64,000 nucleotides of DNA from Pelagibacteraceae bacterium (lineage in GTDB: Bacteria > Pseudomonadota > Alphaproteobacteria > Pelagibacterales > Pelagibacteraceae), in contig JAGYIF010000004.1 in NCBI GenBank assembly GCA_018402735.1, positions 37,669-101,668 on the forward strand, given 5' to 3'. The translations under genes and the position numbers were made by a program. The notes beneath the pieces are model-generated. The model was not told the origin of the DNA, searched no databases, and saw nothing but the letters and a program-made list of their open reading frames with translations. Position 1 is the stretch's first letter. Every line of letters begins with the position of its first letter. Positions 55,065-64,000 of this stretch are shown in pieces.

Positions 55065-55988
55065 TTAAACATTAAATAAAAAATATAAATACACAACGTA
55101 ACCAGCTAACATACTAGCTCCCATCCACCTTCCGATTTGTGGACGAAATAAGAGTAATAAAGAAAATATAATCGATGCTGCAAGCATTTCGATCATGCCG
55201 GCATGGAGCATTGCGGGGCTAATGGGAATGGGTTTGATGATAATAGCAATTCCCAAAATTCCCAAGATATTGAAAATATTGCTGCCGATGATATTTCCTA
55301 TAATGACGTCATTTTGTTTTTTGATCGATGCTAAAATGGCAGTGGTAAGCTCAGGCAAAGAAGTTCCCACCGCAACTACAGTTAAACCAATAACCGCCTC
55401 AGAAATATTAAAAGATCTAGCAATAGTTACTGCTGTATCAATGAGTAAGTGACCACCTGAAATTAATAAAAACAAACCACCGAGGCAATACAATATAATT
55501 TTGATGGTCGTTTCACTGACCACACTACTATCTTCTGTATTATCAGCTACATCAGAGCGGTAGGATAAAACGACGTATAACAACAGCAGTATTAAAAATA
55601 TAATTCCCGTAATAGCGTTCAATACATCAAATAATTTACAAATATAAAGAGCAAAGCTAGCCAGCAACATTACTGCGACATTGGTAATTGGCCTTGAACC
55701 TTTAATCAGAACCGGACTTAAAATAGCAGCAATAGATACAATTAATAAAATATTTGCAATGTTACTGCCAATAATATTGCCAAGGGCAATATCTGCATAG
55801 TCAGTTAACACCGCTTCAACGGTAACGGCTAGCTCTGGTAAGCTGGTGCCAAAACCAATAATGACAATGCTGACGAGCATTTTTGAAACTTGAAATTTGT
55901 AAGCTAAGGCTAATGTTCCGTGAAGAATACTTTTTCCACCAAAGTACAAAAGCACTAAGCTAATACAAAATATAATATAAGTGATCAC
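55065..55988 (-). CDS. yrbG: Ca2+/Na+ antiporter (CaCA, YrbG family)
   Basis: Two alpha repeats GTSLPE...GNIIGSNI. Confidence 0.92.
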   Translation of the reverse strand: MITYIIFCISLVLLYFGGKSILHGTLALAYKFQVSKMLVSIVIIGFGTSLPELAVTVEAVLTDYADIALGNIIGSNIANILLIVSIAAILSPVLIKGSRPITNVAVMLLASFALYICKLFDVLNAITGIIFLILLLLYVVLSYRSDVADNTEDSSVVSETTIKIILYCLGGLFLLISGGHLLIDTAVTIARSFNISEAVIGLTVVAVGTSLPELTTAILASIKKQNDVIIGNIIGSNIFNILGILGIAIIIKPIPISPAMLHAGMIEMLAASIIFSLLLLFRPQIGRWMGASMLAGYVVYLYFLFNV

Positions 55989-56116
55989 TTCACTATTTTA
56001 GCTTATTTGACTTAATATAAAATAATTATATTTAAAACCTCTAACTATCAGGCTTAATAAAAAAAAGTTTGCTTCTTTCGTCAAGAACCGCTTTATAAGT
56101 ATCAAGCGAATAAATA

Positions 56117-56590
56117 ATGAAATTGTCTAAAAAGACTTTTATAAAAGCAGCCATTGCCGGCATCTGCTCTACGGGTACCATTGGTATTTTGGCAGTGATC
56201 ACCTATCAAACACCACTGGGTATTTTTTTAGCGGCTTCTTTTGGTTCTTCTATGGTTTTGTTATTTGCTTATCCTGAAAGTCCTTTTGCCCAGCCCAAAA
56301 ATGTTTTTTTTGGACATTTGATAACTGCATTAGTTGGAGTGGTGTTTGCAGAATATATTGATTTACCTATGTACGTTAATATTTCAATGGCAGTTGGGGC
56401 TGGAGTATTTTTAATGGTCTTTTGTAATGTGGTGCATCCACCAGCAGGGGGTAATCCAATTATAGTAATTGTAGCAGGGGTATCTTATGAATATCTAATT
56501 AATCCAATTATTCTTGGATCTTTTATTATGTTAGCATTAGCTATTATAATAAATAAATTTTTATTAAAAAAAAATTATCCAGTCAGCTAA
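56117..56590 (+). CDS. HPP family membrane protein
   Basis: ASFGSS, PESPFAQPKNV and HPPAGG motifs. Confidence 0.92.
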   Translation: MKLSKKTFIKAAIAGICSTGTIGILAVITYQTPLGIFLAASFGSSMVLLFAYPESPFAQPKNVFFGHLITALVGVVFAEYIDLPMYVNISMAVGAGVFLMVFCNVVHPPAGGNPIIVIVAGVSYEYLINPIILGSFIMLALAIIINKFLLKKNYPVS

Positions 56591-56779
56591 TAATAAACAA
56601 TTATTAGATATTTAATTTCCGCACTTGCAAAATATTTTCAATAAAGCAAAAGTTAAATCAGAGTTTGCGATTATTAAACTTATATAAAAAAATCCACCTC
56701 AAGTTGTATAGGCAGCTCTCTTTGTTTAATATTGTGGATTGTTATTAATTAAAAGATTTTAATTAATTTGAATAAAATT

Positions 56780-56818
56780 TTTTCCTCCATATACTATTTA
56801 AAAAATAGGGGAGGAAAA
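56780..56818 (+). promoter_or_regulatory. Inverted repeat covering the promoter and Shine-Dalgarno of the LIV-type SBP gene
   Basis: ttttcctcc...ggaggaaaa with inner ctattt/aaatag; promoter TTGAAT(56768)-16-TATACT(56790). Confidence 0.5.
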
Positions 56819-56825
56819 TAAGTAT

Positions 56826-58169
56826 ATGATTAAATCATGCATGCGCAAAATTCTGTCTACTCTTTCAGTAGTCTGTCTTCTGGGTTCAACAATAGTTTTG
56901 CCACAAAATTCTTTTGGGGCTGAGACGCAATACTTTCCTGTAGCAAGTAGCCGAGTAGGACCTTACTCAGCAATGGGCACAGGGTACTATGGTGCGCAAA
57001 TTGACTACATGAATTATGTAAATATGACCGGTGGCGTTAATGGTGTGATGCTAACTTGGCAAGAATGTGAAACGGAATACAATGCTGTGAAGACAGTGGA
57101 GTGTTATCAGAGACTAATGCAAAAAGATGGTCAGAAAATTGTAGTGTTCGATACACTTGGAACTCCAGGTGCGTATGCTGTTATCAACCGAATGGCTGCT
57201 GACAATGTAGTGTTAGCTCAGTATGGTTACGGTAGAACGGATGCTGCAGATGGTAGAGTATGGCCTTGGGTATTTAACGCAGCAAGTCACTACTGGTCAC
57301 AAATTGGTGTGAAATTAAGATGGATGGCTGAAATGGAAGGTGGAATTCCTAACATGAAGGGTAAGAAAATTGTTCACCTGCACATTGATTCTGCATATGG
57401 CCGCGAACCATTACCTGCGATGAGAAAAATTGCTACAGACTGGGGTTTTACTTTAATAGAAATTGCTATCGCACCTCCAGGACTTGAGCAACAATCACAG
57501 TGGTTACAAATTAGAAGAGAAAAACCTGATTGGGTTACTTTTTGGGGTGCTGGTTCTGGTATGAATTCAACGGCCATGACTAATGCTGCTCGAATTAATT
57601 TTCCAAGGACTAAAATGATGTACGTTACATTCGGCGGAGCTGAGGAAGACATGGTTCCTGCTGGCGATTCTGCAAAAGGAACGTATGTGGTTGCAAATGC
57701 TCTGCCTGGTACTGACTTTCCTTTAGTAAAAGATATTAAAGATAAAGTGTATGGAGCTGGCAAAGGAAACTTAAGCGACACAAGCCGAGTAGGTACGGTG
57801 TACTGGAACAGAGGACTAGGTTCTGCAGTTATGTGGGTCGAGGCAATGCGTAATGCACAAAAAATACATAACAAAGTTGGTAAAGCAGTAACTGGAGCTG
57901 AGTTCCGAGATGGATACGAAGCATTAAACATGACAGACGCACGCTTAGCCGAGATTGGCGTTAAAGGAATGGTTGCGCCTTTTGCTATCTCTTGTGCCAA
58001 TCATGAGGGTGCAGGAAAATTTGCCTTAATGCAATGGGACGGTAAAAAGTTTGATAAAGTGAAGGATTGGACGGAACCGAATGATCCTAAATTTATTAGA
58101 CAGCTTATTGAAGATTCTGCAGCAAAATTTGCAAAGGAAAACAATATCACACCTAAAAAGTGTAGCTAA
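56826..58169 (+). CDS. Branched-chain-amino-acid-type ABC substrate-binding protein
   Basis: GGAGG RBS, signal peptide, ECETEYN, GYGRTDAADG and SAYGREP motifs; followed by LIV-type ATPase and permeases. Confidence 0.9.
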   Translation: MIKSCMRKILSTLSVVCLLGSTIVLPQNSFGAETQYFPVASSRVGPYSAMGTGYYGAQIDYMNYVNMTGGVNGVMLTWQECETEYNAVKTVECYQRLMQKDGQKIVVFDTLGTPGAYAVINRMAADNVVLAQYGYGRTDAADGRVWPWVFNAASHYWSQIGVKLRWMAEMEGGIPNMKGKKIVHLHIDSAYGREPLPAMRKIATDWGFTLIEIAIAPPGLEQQSQWLQIRREKPDWVTFWGAGSGMNSTAMTNAARINFPRTKMMYVTFGGAEEDMVPAGDSAKGTYVVANALPGTDFPLVKDIKDKVYGAGKGNLSDTSRVGTVYWNRGLGSAVMWVEAMRNAQKIHNKVGKAVTGAEFRDGYEALNMTDARLAEIGVKGMVAPFAISCANHEGAGKFALMQWDGKKFDKVKDWTEPNDPKFIRQLIEDSAAKFAKENNITPKKCS

Positions 58170-58181
58170 TTCATTTTTAAT

Positions 58182-58220
58182 TAGGGGAGGTAAATTGTTT
58201 AGCAGTTTACACCTCCCCTA
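58182..58220 (+). terminator. Intercistronic stem-loop after the SBP gene
   Basis: taggggaggt...acctccccta. Confidence 0.7.
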
Positions 58221-58259
58221 TTTATAATTAAATGATTTCAGGAGATTTAAAATAATTAC

Positions 58260-59876
58260 ATGGGTGTTGACTCAAATAACATTTTAGAAGTTAAAAATAT
58301 TGAAGTTGTCTATGACAATGTCATATTAGCACTGCATGATGTATCGCTAGTAGTCCCTAAAGGAAAAATTGTTGCTTTATTAGGAGCAAATGGTGCTGGA
58401 AAAAGCACAACCCTAAAATCTATTTCTACGATGTTAGCCTCGGAAAGAGGAAAGGTTACTAAAGGAACTATTAATTATAATGGCAAAAGTATCGATGGTG
58501 AAATACCTTCACAAATGGTTCACCGCGGCATGGTCCAGGTACTAGAAGGCAGACGATGCTTTGGCCATTTAACGGTTGAAGAAAATATTATTGCAGGTGC
58601 TTATTCTCGCCAATTATCAAAAGGCGACTTGAGTGCTGAGCTTGAAAAAATTTACACGTACTTTACCAGGCTAAAGGATCGAAGAGGTAGTCAGGCTGGT
58701 TTTACGTCTGGTGGTGAACAACAAATGATAGCTGTAGCCAGAGCGATGATGGCAAAACCAACTATGTTATTGCTGGATGAACCATCTATGGGTTTAGCCC
58801 CACAACTGGTTGCGGAAATTTTTAATATTGTAAAAGAATTAAATCAAAAAGAAGGGGTAAGTATTTTGTTAGCTGAACAAAATACCAATATCGCCCTTAA
58901 AAATGCAGACTATGGCTACATTTTAGAAACAGGCAGAGTGATGCTTGAGGGTACTGCTCAGAGTTTAAGTAATGATGAAAAAGTAAAAGAATTATATTTA
59001 GGAATTTCTAAAGGTGAACGAAAAAACTTTAGAGATGCATTATTTGATGATGCGCAGAAAAAAAATACTACAGCGCCATCGCCTACGGGCAGAAAATTTA
59101 AGATTGGCGGGCCTATTTTAGAAGTAAAAAATATTTCTCTATATTTTGGTGGGGTCAAAGCAATTACTAATATTTCCTTTAATATTTTAAAACATGAAAT
59201 CAGAGCCATCATTGGCCCAAACGGTGCAGGCAAAAGCTCAATGCTGAATTGCATTAATGGTATTTATCAGCCGCAAGAGGGAACTATTTGGTACAAAGGA
59301 GCTGTGCTTGACCAAATCACTCCCAATCTTATTTCCCGGATGGGAATTTCCCGAACTTTTCAAAATCTTGCATTGTTTAAACGAATGTCGGTACTGGATA
59401 ATATTTTGGTTGGACGAAAGTTACACACTAAATCTAATTTTATGCAGGTTGGTTTTCAGTTCCCACAAGCGGTTAAGGAAGAAAAAGCAAATAGGCAAAA
59501 GTGTGAAGAAATTATTAGTTTCTTAGAAATCGAAGATATTAAAAATACACAGGTTGGCAAACTTCCTTATGGATTACAAAAGAAAGTAGAATTAGGCCGA
59601 GCACTAGCAACCCAAGCAGAAATTTTATTATTGGATGAGCCGATGGCTGGAATGAATGTTGAAGAAAAAAGAGATATGTGCAGATTTATTTTAAAAGTAA
59701 ATGATGAATTAGGAACCACTATTGTTTTGATCGAACATGATATGGGGGTGGTGATGGATATTTCCGACCGAGTGGTGGTGCTTGATTACGGCAAAAGTAT
59801 TGGTGATGGAACACCAGACGTGGTGCGAGCTAATCCTAAAGTTATTGATGCATATCTAGGAGTGGCGCATGATTAG
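58260..59876 (+). CDS. Fused tandem ABC ATPase (LivF-like N-half, LivG-like C-half)
   Basis: Two Walker A (GANGAGKS, GPNGAGKS), two signatures (TSGGEQQM, LPYGLQK) and two Walker B in one 538-aa ORF. Confidence 0.9.
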   Translation: MGVDSNNILEVKNIEVVYDNVILALHDVSLVVPKGKIVALLGANGAGKSTTLKSISTMLASERGKVTKGTINYNGKSIDGEIPSQMVHRGMVQVLEGRRCFGHLTVEENIIAGAYSRQLSKGDLSAELEKIYTYFTRLKDRRGSQAGFTSGGEQQMIAVARAMMAKPTMLLLDEPSMGLAPQLVAEIFNIVKELNQKEGVSILLAEQNTNIALKNADYGYILETGRVMLEGTAQSLSNDEKVKELYLGISKGERKNFRDALFDDAQKKNTTAPSPTGRKFKIGGPILEVKNISLYFGGVKAITNISFNILKHEIRAIIGPNGAGKSSMLNCINGIYQPQEGTIWYKGAVLDQITPNLISRMGISRTFQNLALFKRMSVLDNILVGRKLHTKSNFMQVGFQFPQAVKEEKANRQKCEEIISFLEIEDIKNTQVGKLPYGLQKKVELGRALATQAEILLLDEPMAGMNVEEKRDMCRFILKVNDELGTTIVLIEHDMGVVMDISDRVVVLDYGKSIGDGTPDVVRANPKVIDAYLGVAHD

Positions 59877-60774
59877 CGAATTACTATTCTTTATGGAAGT
59901 GTTGGTAGCCGGATTATTATCTGGCACCATGTATTCTTTGGTCGCTTTAGGGTTTGTTCTTATTTATAAAGCCTCTTCTACTTTTAACTTTGCCCAAGGA
60001 GCTATGGTGTTTTTTGCCGTGCTAAGCTTTGTTGGTCTGATGGAATTTGGTATTCCATTTTTCGTTGCCTTTATCATTACCGTTGTGTTGATGATTGGTG
60101 TTGGTTTAGCAACCGAGCGATTAGTATTAAGACCATTGATGAACCAAAGTGAAGATACTTTATTAATGGCAACCATTGGTTTAGGATTTGTCTTAGAAGG
60201 ATTAGCCCAAGCAGTCTGGGGTGTGGAGGTGCGAAGATTAGATTTAGGAATTAAAGATTCTCCTATTCCATGGATTGCAGATAATTTACAATTGTTTATT
60301 AGCGCTTTAGATGTGACCGCTGGTTTAGTCGCCACGGCAATGATTGTTGGTTTAACCCTTTTATTTAAATATACCAAAATTGGTTTGGGCCTGCGTTCAG
60401 TTGCAGATGATGCGGGTGCTGCAAGTTCAATTGGAATTCCGTTAAAGCACATTATGTTATTAGTTTGGTCGGCTGCCGGCGTGGTGGCATTAGTTGCTGG
60501 AATGATGTGGGGCGCCAGAGCCGGAGTGCAGTTTGCTCTTATTGATTTAGCATTAAAAGCATTACCAGTGTTAATTATTGGAGGATTTTCTTCTATCCCA
60601 GGTGCAATCATTGGCGGATTACTTATAGGAGCAAGCGAGAAAATTTTAGAAGTTTATATAGGACCTTATTTTGGTGGCGGGATTGAAGGCTGGGCTCCGT
60701 ACGTATTAGCAATTTTTTTCTTACTGTATAGACCCGAGGGTTTATTCGGAGAAAAAATTATTAGGAGAGTGTAA
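59869..60774 (+). CDS. livH: LivH-like ABC permease
   Basis: YSLVALGFVLIYK..FNFAQG and GGFSSIPGAIIGG motifs. Confidence 0.9.
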   Translation: MISELLFFMEVLVAGLLSGTMYSLVALGFVLIYKASSTFNFAQGAMVFFAVLSFVGLMEFGIPFFVAFIITVVLMIGVGLATERLVLRPLMNQSEDTLLMATIGLGFVLEGLAQAVWGVEVRRLDLGIKDSPIPWIADNLQLFISALDVTAGLVATAMIVGLTLLFKYTKIGLGLRSVADDAGAASSIGIPLKHIMLLVWSAAGVVALVAGMMWGARAGVQFALIDLALKALPVLIIGGFSSIPGAIIGGLLIGASEKILEVYIGPYFGGGIEGWAPYVLAIFFLLYRPEGLFGEKIIRRV

Positions 60775-61806
60775 TTGATGAAGCCAGTAATCATGACGTT
60801 TACTAAGCGCGATATCGTTAATTTTATTGTTTTGATGGTATTAGCTTTCTTAGTCATTCCGATGACGGTGACGAACAGTTATTGGTATAGCTCTATTTTA
60901 ATACCATGGTTATGTTTAGCCCTGGCCGCAGTTGGTCAGCAAATTGTCATGGGTTATGCTGGACAGTTATCATTGGGTGCAGCAGGATTTATGGCTGCAG
61001 GTGCTTTTGCTTGCTTTAATTTAATTTTAAGAATTCCTGATCTTCCTTTCGTTGGAGCCTTAATTATTTCAGGATTAATCGCAGCAGCCTTTGGAATATT
61101 ATTTGGTCTTCCAAGTTTACGCGTACGTGGAATTTATTTAATGGTGGCAACACTTGCTTCACAATTTTTTATTGTTTGGATGATCGATAAATTCGGTTGG
61201 TTTAAAAATTACGATACATCAGGAATTATTACTGCGCAAAATATTGTGATCCTCGGTAAATCATTTACCTCACCCATCGCTATGTATTTTGTCGTCGTCT
61301 TTGTTGTCGCTATTCTTACCTTACTAGCTATGAATATGGTGCGGGGTAGTGCTGGGCGAAATTGGATGGCGGTACGGGATATGGATATTGCAGCAGAATC
61401 TATGGGTGTGTCGTTATTAAAAACAAAATTAGAAGCATTTGCCATCAGTGCATTTTATTGCGGTGTGGCGGGAGCTTTATTTGCATTTACTTACTTAAAA
61501 TCTTTAGAGCCAATAGCCTTTGATATTAAATTATCTTTCAAGATCTTGTTTATGGTTATCTTAGGAGGTTTAGGAACTATTAACGGCGCATTTATTGGCG
61601 CTGCTTTTATTTTATTATTTCCAGTTGTCCTCAACTTTATTGGTAACACGGTATTCCACGGTTCGATTGATGCAACGATCATTTCATCTATCGAGCAAGT
61701 AGTGTTTGGCGCCTTGATGATTATATTTATGATTTATGAACCCCTTGGCATGGCCAAGTTATGGGAAAGTATAAAATCTAAAATAGGTTTTAACAAAAAA
61801 AAATAA
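60775..61806 (+). CDS. livM: LivM-like ABC permease
   Basis: GYAGQLSLG, GLPSLRVRGIYL, GRNWMAVRD and ILGGLG motifs. Confidence 0.9.
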   Translation: MMKPVIMTFTKRDIVNFIVLMVLAFLVIPMTVTNSYWYSSILIPWLCLALAAVGQQIVMGYAGQLSLGAAGFMAAGAFACFNLILRIPDLPFVGALIISGLIAAAFGILFGLPSLRVRGIYLMVATLASQFFIVWMIDKFGWFKNYDTSGIITAQNIVILGKSFTSPIAMYFVVVFVVAILTLLAMNMVRGSAGRNWMAVRDMDIAAESMGVSLLKTKLEAFAISAFYCGVAGALFAFTYLKSLEPIAFDIKLSFKILFMVILGGLGTINGAFIGAAFILLFPVVLNFIGNTVFHGSIDATIISSIEQVVFGALMIIFMIYEPLGMAKLWESIKSKIGFNKKK

Positions 61807-61826
61807 ACACCAGACATCCAATAGGT

Positions 61827-62234
61827 ATGTTGAAAAAAATATCTCTAGTTTTATTTCTCATTACATTATCTACTAGTGTTGCATTGGCAGAAACGATTAC
61901 TCTTGCTAATCAGGGAACTTATGTTGGGGATGTGAAAGACGGCAAACCCAATGGCCAAGGCACTTTAACTTATCTAGATGGTGAGAAATATATTGGTCAA
62001 TGGAAAGATGGTTACCGTGATGGAAAAGGAAAATTAACCTATGTCGATGGTTCTGTATATGTTGGAGAATTTAAAGATAATAAAATCCACGGCCAAGGTG
62101 TGTTTACCTCTAAAAGTGGCTCAAGATATCAAGGCGAATATAAATACGGCAAAATGGATGGCCAAGGAACGTATACGTACCCAAATGGAAAAAAAATAAC
62201 TGGAACCTGGGTCAATGATAGTCCAGTTCAGTAA
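61827..62234 (+). CDS. Secreted MORN-repeat protein
   Basis: Signal peptide and repeated Y.G.(W/F/Y)KDG...GQG units. Confidence 0.88.
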   Translation: MLKKISLVLFLITLSTSVALAETITLANQGTYVGDVKDGKPNGQGTLTYLDGEKYIGQWKDGYRDGKGKLTYVDGSVYVGEFKDNKIHGQGVFTSKSGSRYQGEYKYGKMDGQGTYTYPNGKKITGTWVNDSPVQ

Positions 62235-62248
62235 TAAATTATCTATAA

Positions 62249-62854
62249 CTAATAAAGATTTTTAAGTTTAGCCAAAGCTACATCAATATTTTCATCATAC
62301 GTAATAGTGCCAACTAAATTTGTATTTTTATCAATTAAAATTAAAGACGAAGTATGATCCATGGTGTAATTATTATTTTCTAGAGGAACTTTTTTTGCAT
62401 AAATAGAATAGGATTTAATTAATACATCTAGTTGTTTTGGATCACCGGTTAAAGCTTTAATAGCAGGATGAAAAGAATTTAAATACTGTTTTAGTGCTTC
62501 TGGAGTATCTCGTTCAGGATCAACGCTTATAAAATAAAATTTTAATTGTTTACTACCCTTACCTAGTTGACCAATTAATACTGATAAAGATTGTAAGGTA
62601 GTAGGGCAAACATCAGGACAATAAGTAAAACCAAAAAAAAGAACGGAAGGCGATCCTAGTATATCAGCTTTAGTTACTTTTTTATTATCTTGATCATATA
62701 ATTCAAAATCAGAGGTAATAATAATATCTTTAGCATTAGTATTTTGGAAAGTCTTGTTTTGACTACCAATGAATATGGATACAATAAACAAAATGAGCAA
62801 AACAATAATTGGGACAATAATGTAATAAATAATGCTACGACTAAATGTATTCAT
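62249..62854 (-). CDS. SCO1/SenC family copper protein
   Basis: FGFTYCPDVCP, SVDPERDT and MDHT motifs. Confidence 0.95.
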   Translation of the reverse strand: MNTFSRSIIYYIIVPIIVLLILFIVSIFIGSQNKTFQNTNAKDIIITSDFELYDQDNKKVTKADILGSPSVLFFGFTYCPDVCPTTLQSLSVLIGQLGKGSKQLKFYFISVDPERDTPEALKQYLNSFHPAIKALTGDPKQLDVLIKSYSIYAKKVPLENNNYTMDHTSSLILIDKNTNLVGTITYDENIDVALAKLKNLY

Positions 62855-62869
62855 GTTAATTCCCGTGTA

Positions 62870-63340
62870 TTAATGTTTGTGCTTTTCTTGGTAATAACCT
62901 TTAGCTTCTTCTGCATCAAATTCAATTGTAATAGATCCTGATTGTTCAAAGTTAAGTGATGCTTTATATTTTTTATCTTTAACGATTGGCTCTGTAAGAC
63001 CCATAAACATAATATGGTATGAGCCAGGCTTTAATTGAACTTTGCTTTTAGCTGGTATGGTTAGACCTTGATTAAGCGGACGCATTTTCATGACATTATT
63101 ATCCATAGTTGTCTCATGGATCTCTACTTGTTTTGCAAAAGATACATTAGTTACTGATAATAATTTATCAGGTTGATCTCCTTCATTTTCAATAGTCATA
63201 AATCCAGCACTGACATTAGTTCCAGTAGTTACTCTGATATAGAGATGATCTATTTCTAATTTTCCAATTTTATATTCATAAGCAAGCACAGAACTAGAAA
63301 TGGTTATTAGACTTAAGGTGATTAGTATTTTTTTAAGCAT
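62870..63340 (-). CDS. Periplasmic copper chaperone PCu(A)C
   Basis: Signal peptide, HET...MKM and PGSYHIMFM motifs. Confidence 0.93.
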   Translation of the reverse strand: MLKKILITLSLITISSSVLAYEYKIGKLEIDHLYIRVTTGTNVSAGFMTIENEGDQPDKLLSVTNVSFAKQVEIHETTMDNNVMKMRPLNQGLTIPAKSKVQLKPGSYHIMFMGLTEPIVKDKKYKASLNFEQSGSITIEFDAEEAKGYYQEKHKH

Positions 63341-63341
63341 G

Positions 63342-63357
63342 AACTATAATTATAGTT
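63342..63357. promoter_or_regulatory. Perfect 16-bp palindrome containing the -10 element of PCu(A)C
   Basis: aactataa/ttatagtt; minus-strand TATAAT 8 nt before the ATG. Confidence 0.45.
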
Positions 63358-63496
63358 AGTAGAGCCAAAAACTTCTCTGCTATTTCTAGGATGAAGTTAC
63401 TGTACCATTCGTTTAATCATAAAATATTGCGACATTTTCGGAATATTAAGAAAAAATATTAGCTACACTCTTTATATACACATCTCCCTTTCTTCA

Positions 63497-63541
63497 TTGA
63501 CTCCAGGTAGATCAATCGAGTATTTAGAACAAAACAAGAAC
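63497..63541 (+). promoter_or_regulatory. umuD promoter with an alphaproteobacterial LexA (SOS) box
   Basis: TTGACT(63497)-18-TATTTA, then GAAC-aaaacaa-GAAC at 63527-63541 (GAAC-N7-GAAC consensus). Confidence 0.78.
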
Positions 63542-63550
63542 ATTATATTT

Positions 63551-63928
63551 ATGAAAATACCACTTATTCTCCAAAAAGTTTCAGCAGGTTTTCCATCTCC
63601 TGCCACCGATTATATTCAGGAAGAAATAGATTTAAATAGCGAGCTGATTAAAAATGCTCCTGCAACTTTTGTCATTAGAGTACAGGGTAATTCCATGAAC
63701 GATCATAAAATTGCAAGTGGCGATTTATTAGTGGTGGATAGAAGTTTGGGTCTTAGCAATGACTGCATTGCCATTGTTAATTTTAATAATGAGCTAGTGG
63801 TTAAAAATATTATAAAAAAAAGTAATCATTTTTATATTAAGCACGCTAAAGAATACATCCCGATCACAGAACATTCTGATATTAATGTGTGGGGGATTGT
63901 AACCTACATTATTCATGCAACCCATTAA
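63551..63928 (+). CDS. umuD: DNA polymerase V subunit UmuD (S24 peptidase)
   Basis: VSAGFPSPA cleavage site, catalytic GNSM Ser and VVK Lys; ATG 63551 preferred over TTG 63497. Confidence 0.9.
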   Translation: MKIPLILQKVSAGFPSPATDYIQEEIDLNSELIKNAPATFVIRVQGNSMNDHKIASGDLLVVDRSLGLSNDCIAIVNFNNELVVKNIIKKSNHFYIKHAKEYIPITEHSDINVWGIVTYIIHATH

Positions 63929-64000
63929 CAAACGTATTATCGCTCTTGTTGATTGCAATTCTTTTTATGTTTCTTGTGAGCGTTTATTCAGACCAGATCT
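63915..64000 (+). CDS. umuC: DNA polymerase V subunit UmuC (5' fragment; runs off the window)
   Basis: MQPINKRIIALVDCNSFYVSCERLFRPD, the Y-family UmuC N-terminus; overlaps the umuD stop. Confidence 0.9.
   Translation, partial: MQPINKRIIALVDCNSFYVSCERLFRPD

Noticed and set aside
57374-58000. 208-aa minus-strand ORF
   Set aside because: Antisense shadow of the SBP gene; no RBS or motif, and locally higher GC lengthens shadow ORFs.
59964-60611. 215-aa minus-strand ORF
   Set aside because: Antisense shadow of livH with no recognisable motifs.
61827-62234. Repetitive DNA that might suggest CRISPR or a tandem repeat
   Set aside because: The repeats are degenerate, in-frame MORN protein repeats; there are no identical DNA repeats with spacers.
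63497-63550. Longer N-termini in the ORF track for umuD (also ramB 43692, dps 45179, 52223 and proW 53732)
   Set aside because: These upstream starts overlap promoter or operator elements or the previous gene; the downstream starts fit the family N-termini and operon junctions better.

Overview
AT-rich, very compact alphaproteobacterial chromosome segment. Gene content, gene order and protein style point to Pelagibacterales (SAR11), possibly a brackish or freshwater clade III lineage; this is inferred, not proven. Bases 1-37 kb are mostly conserved housekeeping genes: fba-pgk-gap-tkt, zauP-like/zapA/ygfA/ymdB/yebC, a RuvC-like nuclease, tol-pal-cpoB-tilS-ftsH, folP-glmM-thiD-purA, rpoH, rluD, tRNA-Arg(UCG), an ABC-2 exporter, sua5, xseB-ispA-dxs, aroC, pdxH, gloA and gor. 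Bases 37-64 kb are a more accessory stress, metal and transport region: a (6-4)-type photolyase, katG, aceA with a RamB/ScfR regulator, dps, an Fe3+ ABC transporter, adh, zur, proXW, a LIV-type ABC transporter, SCO/PCuAC and umuDC. I found no CRISPR array, integrase, transposase or rRNA. Best leads: (1) zur with a perfect Zur-type palindrome, coupled to an unknown His-rich 3-TM protein instead of znuABC; (2) a MOC1/phage-type RuvC where ruvCAB normally lies, with ruvAB absent; (3) a LivF-LivG tandem ATPase fusion in an apparently permuted operon; (4) a 104-bp element with two inverted DnaA boxes around three GANTC sites spaced 11 bp apart; (5) two unexplained small proteins flanking aceA. All family assignments come from motif recognition by eye; no database searches were run.
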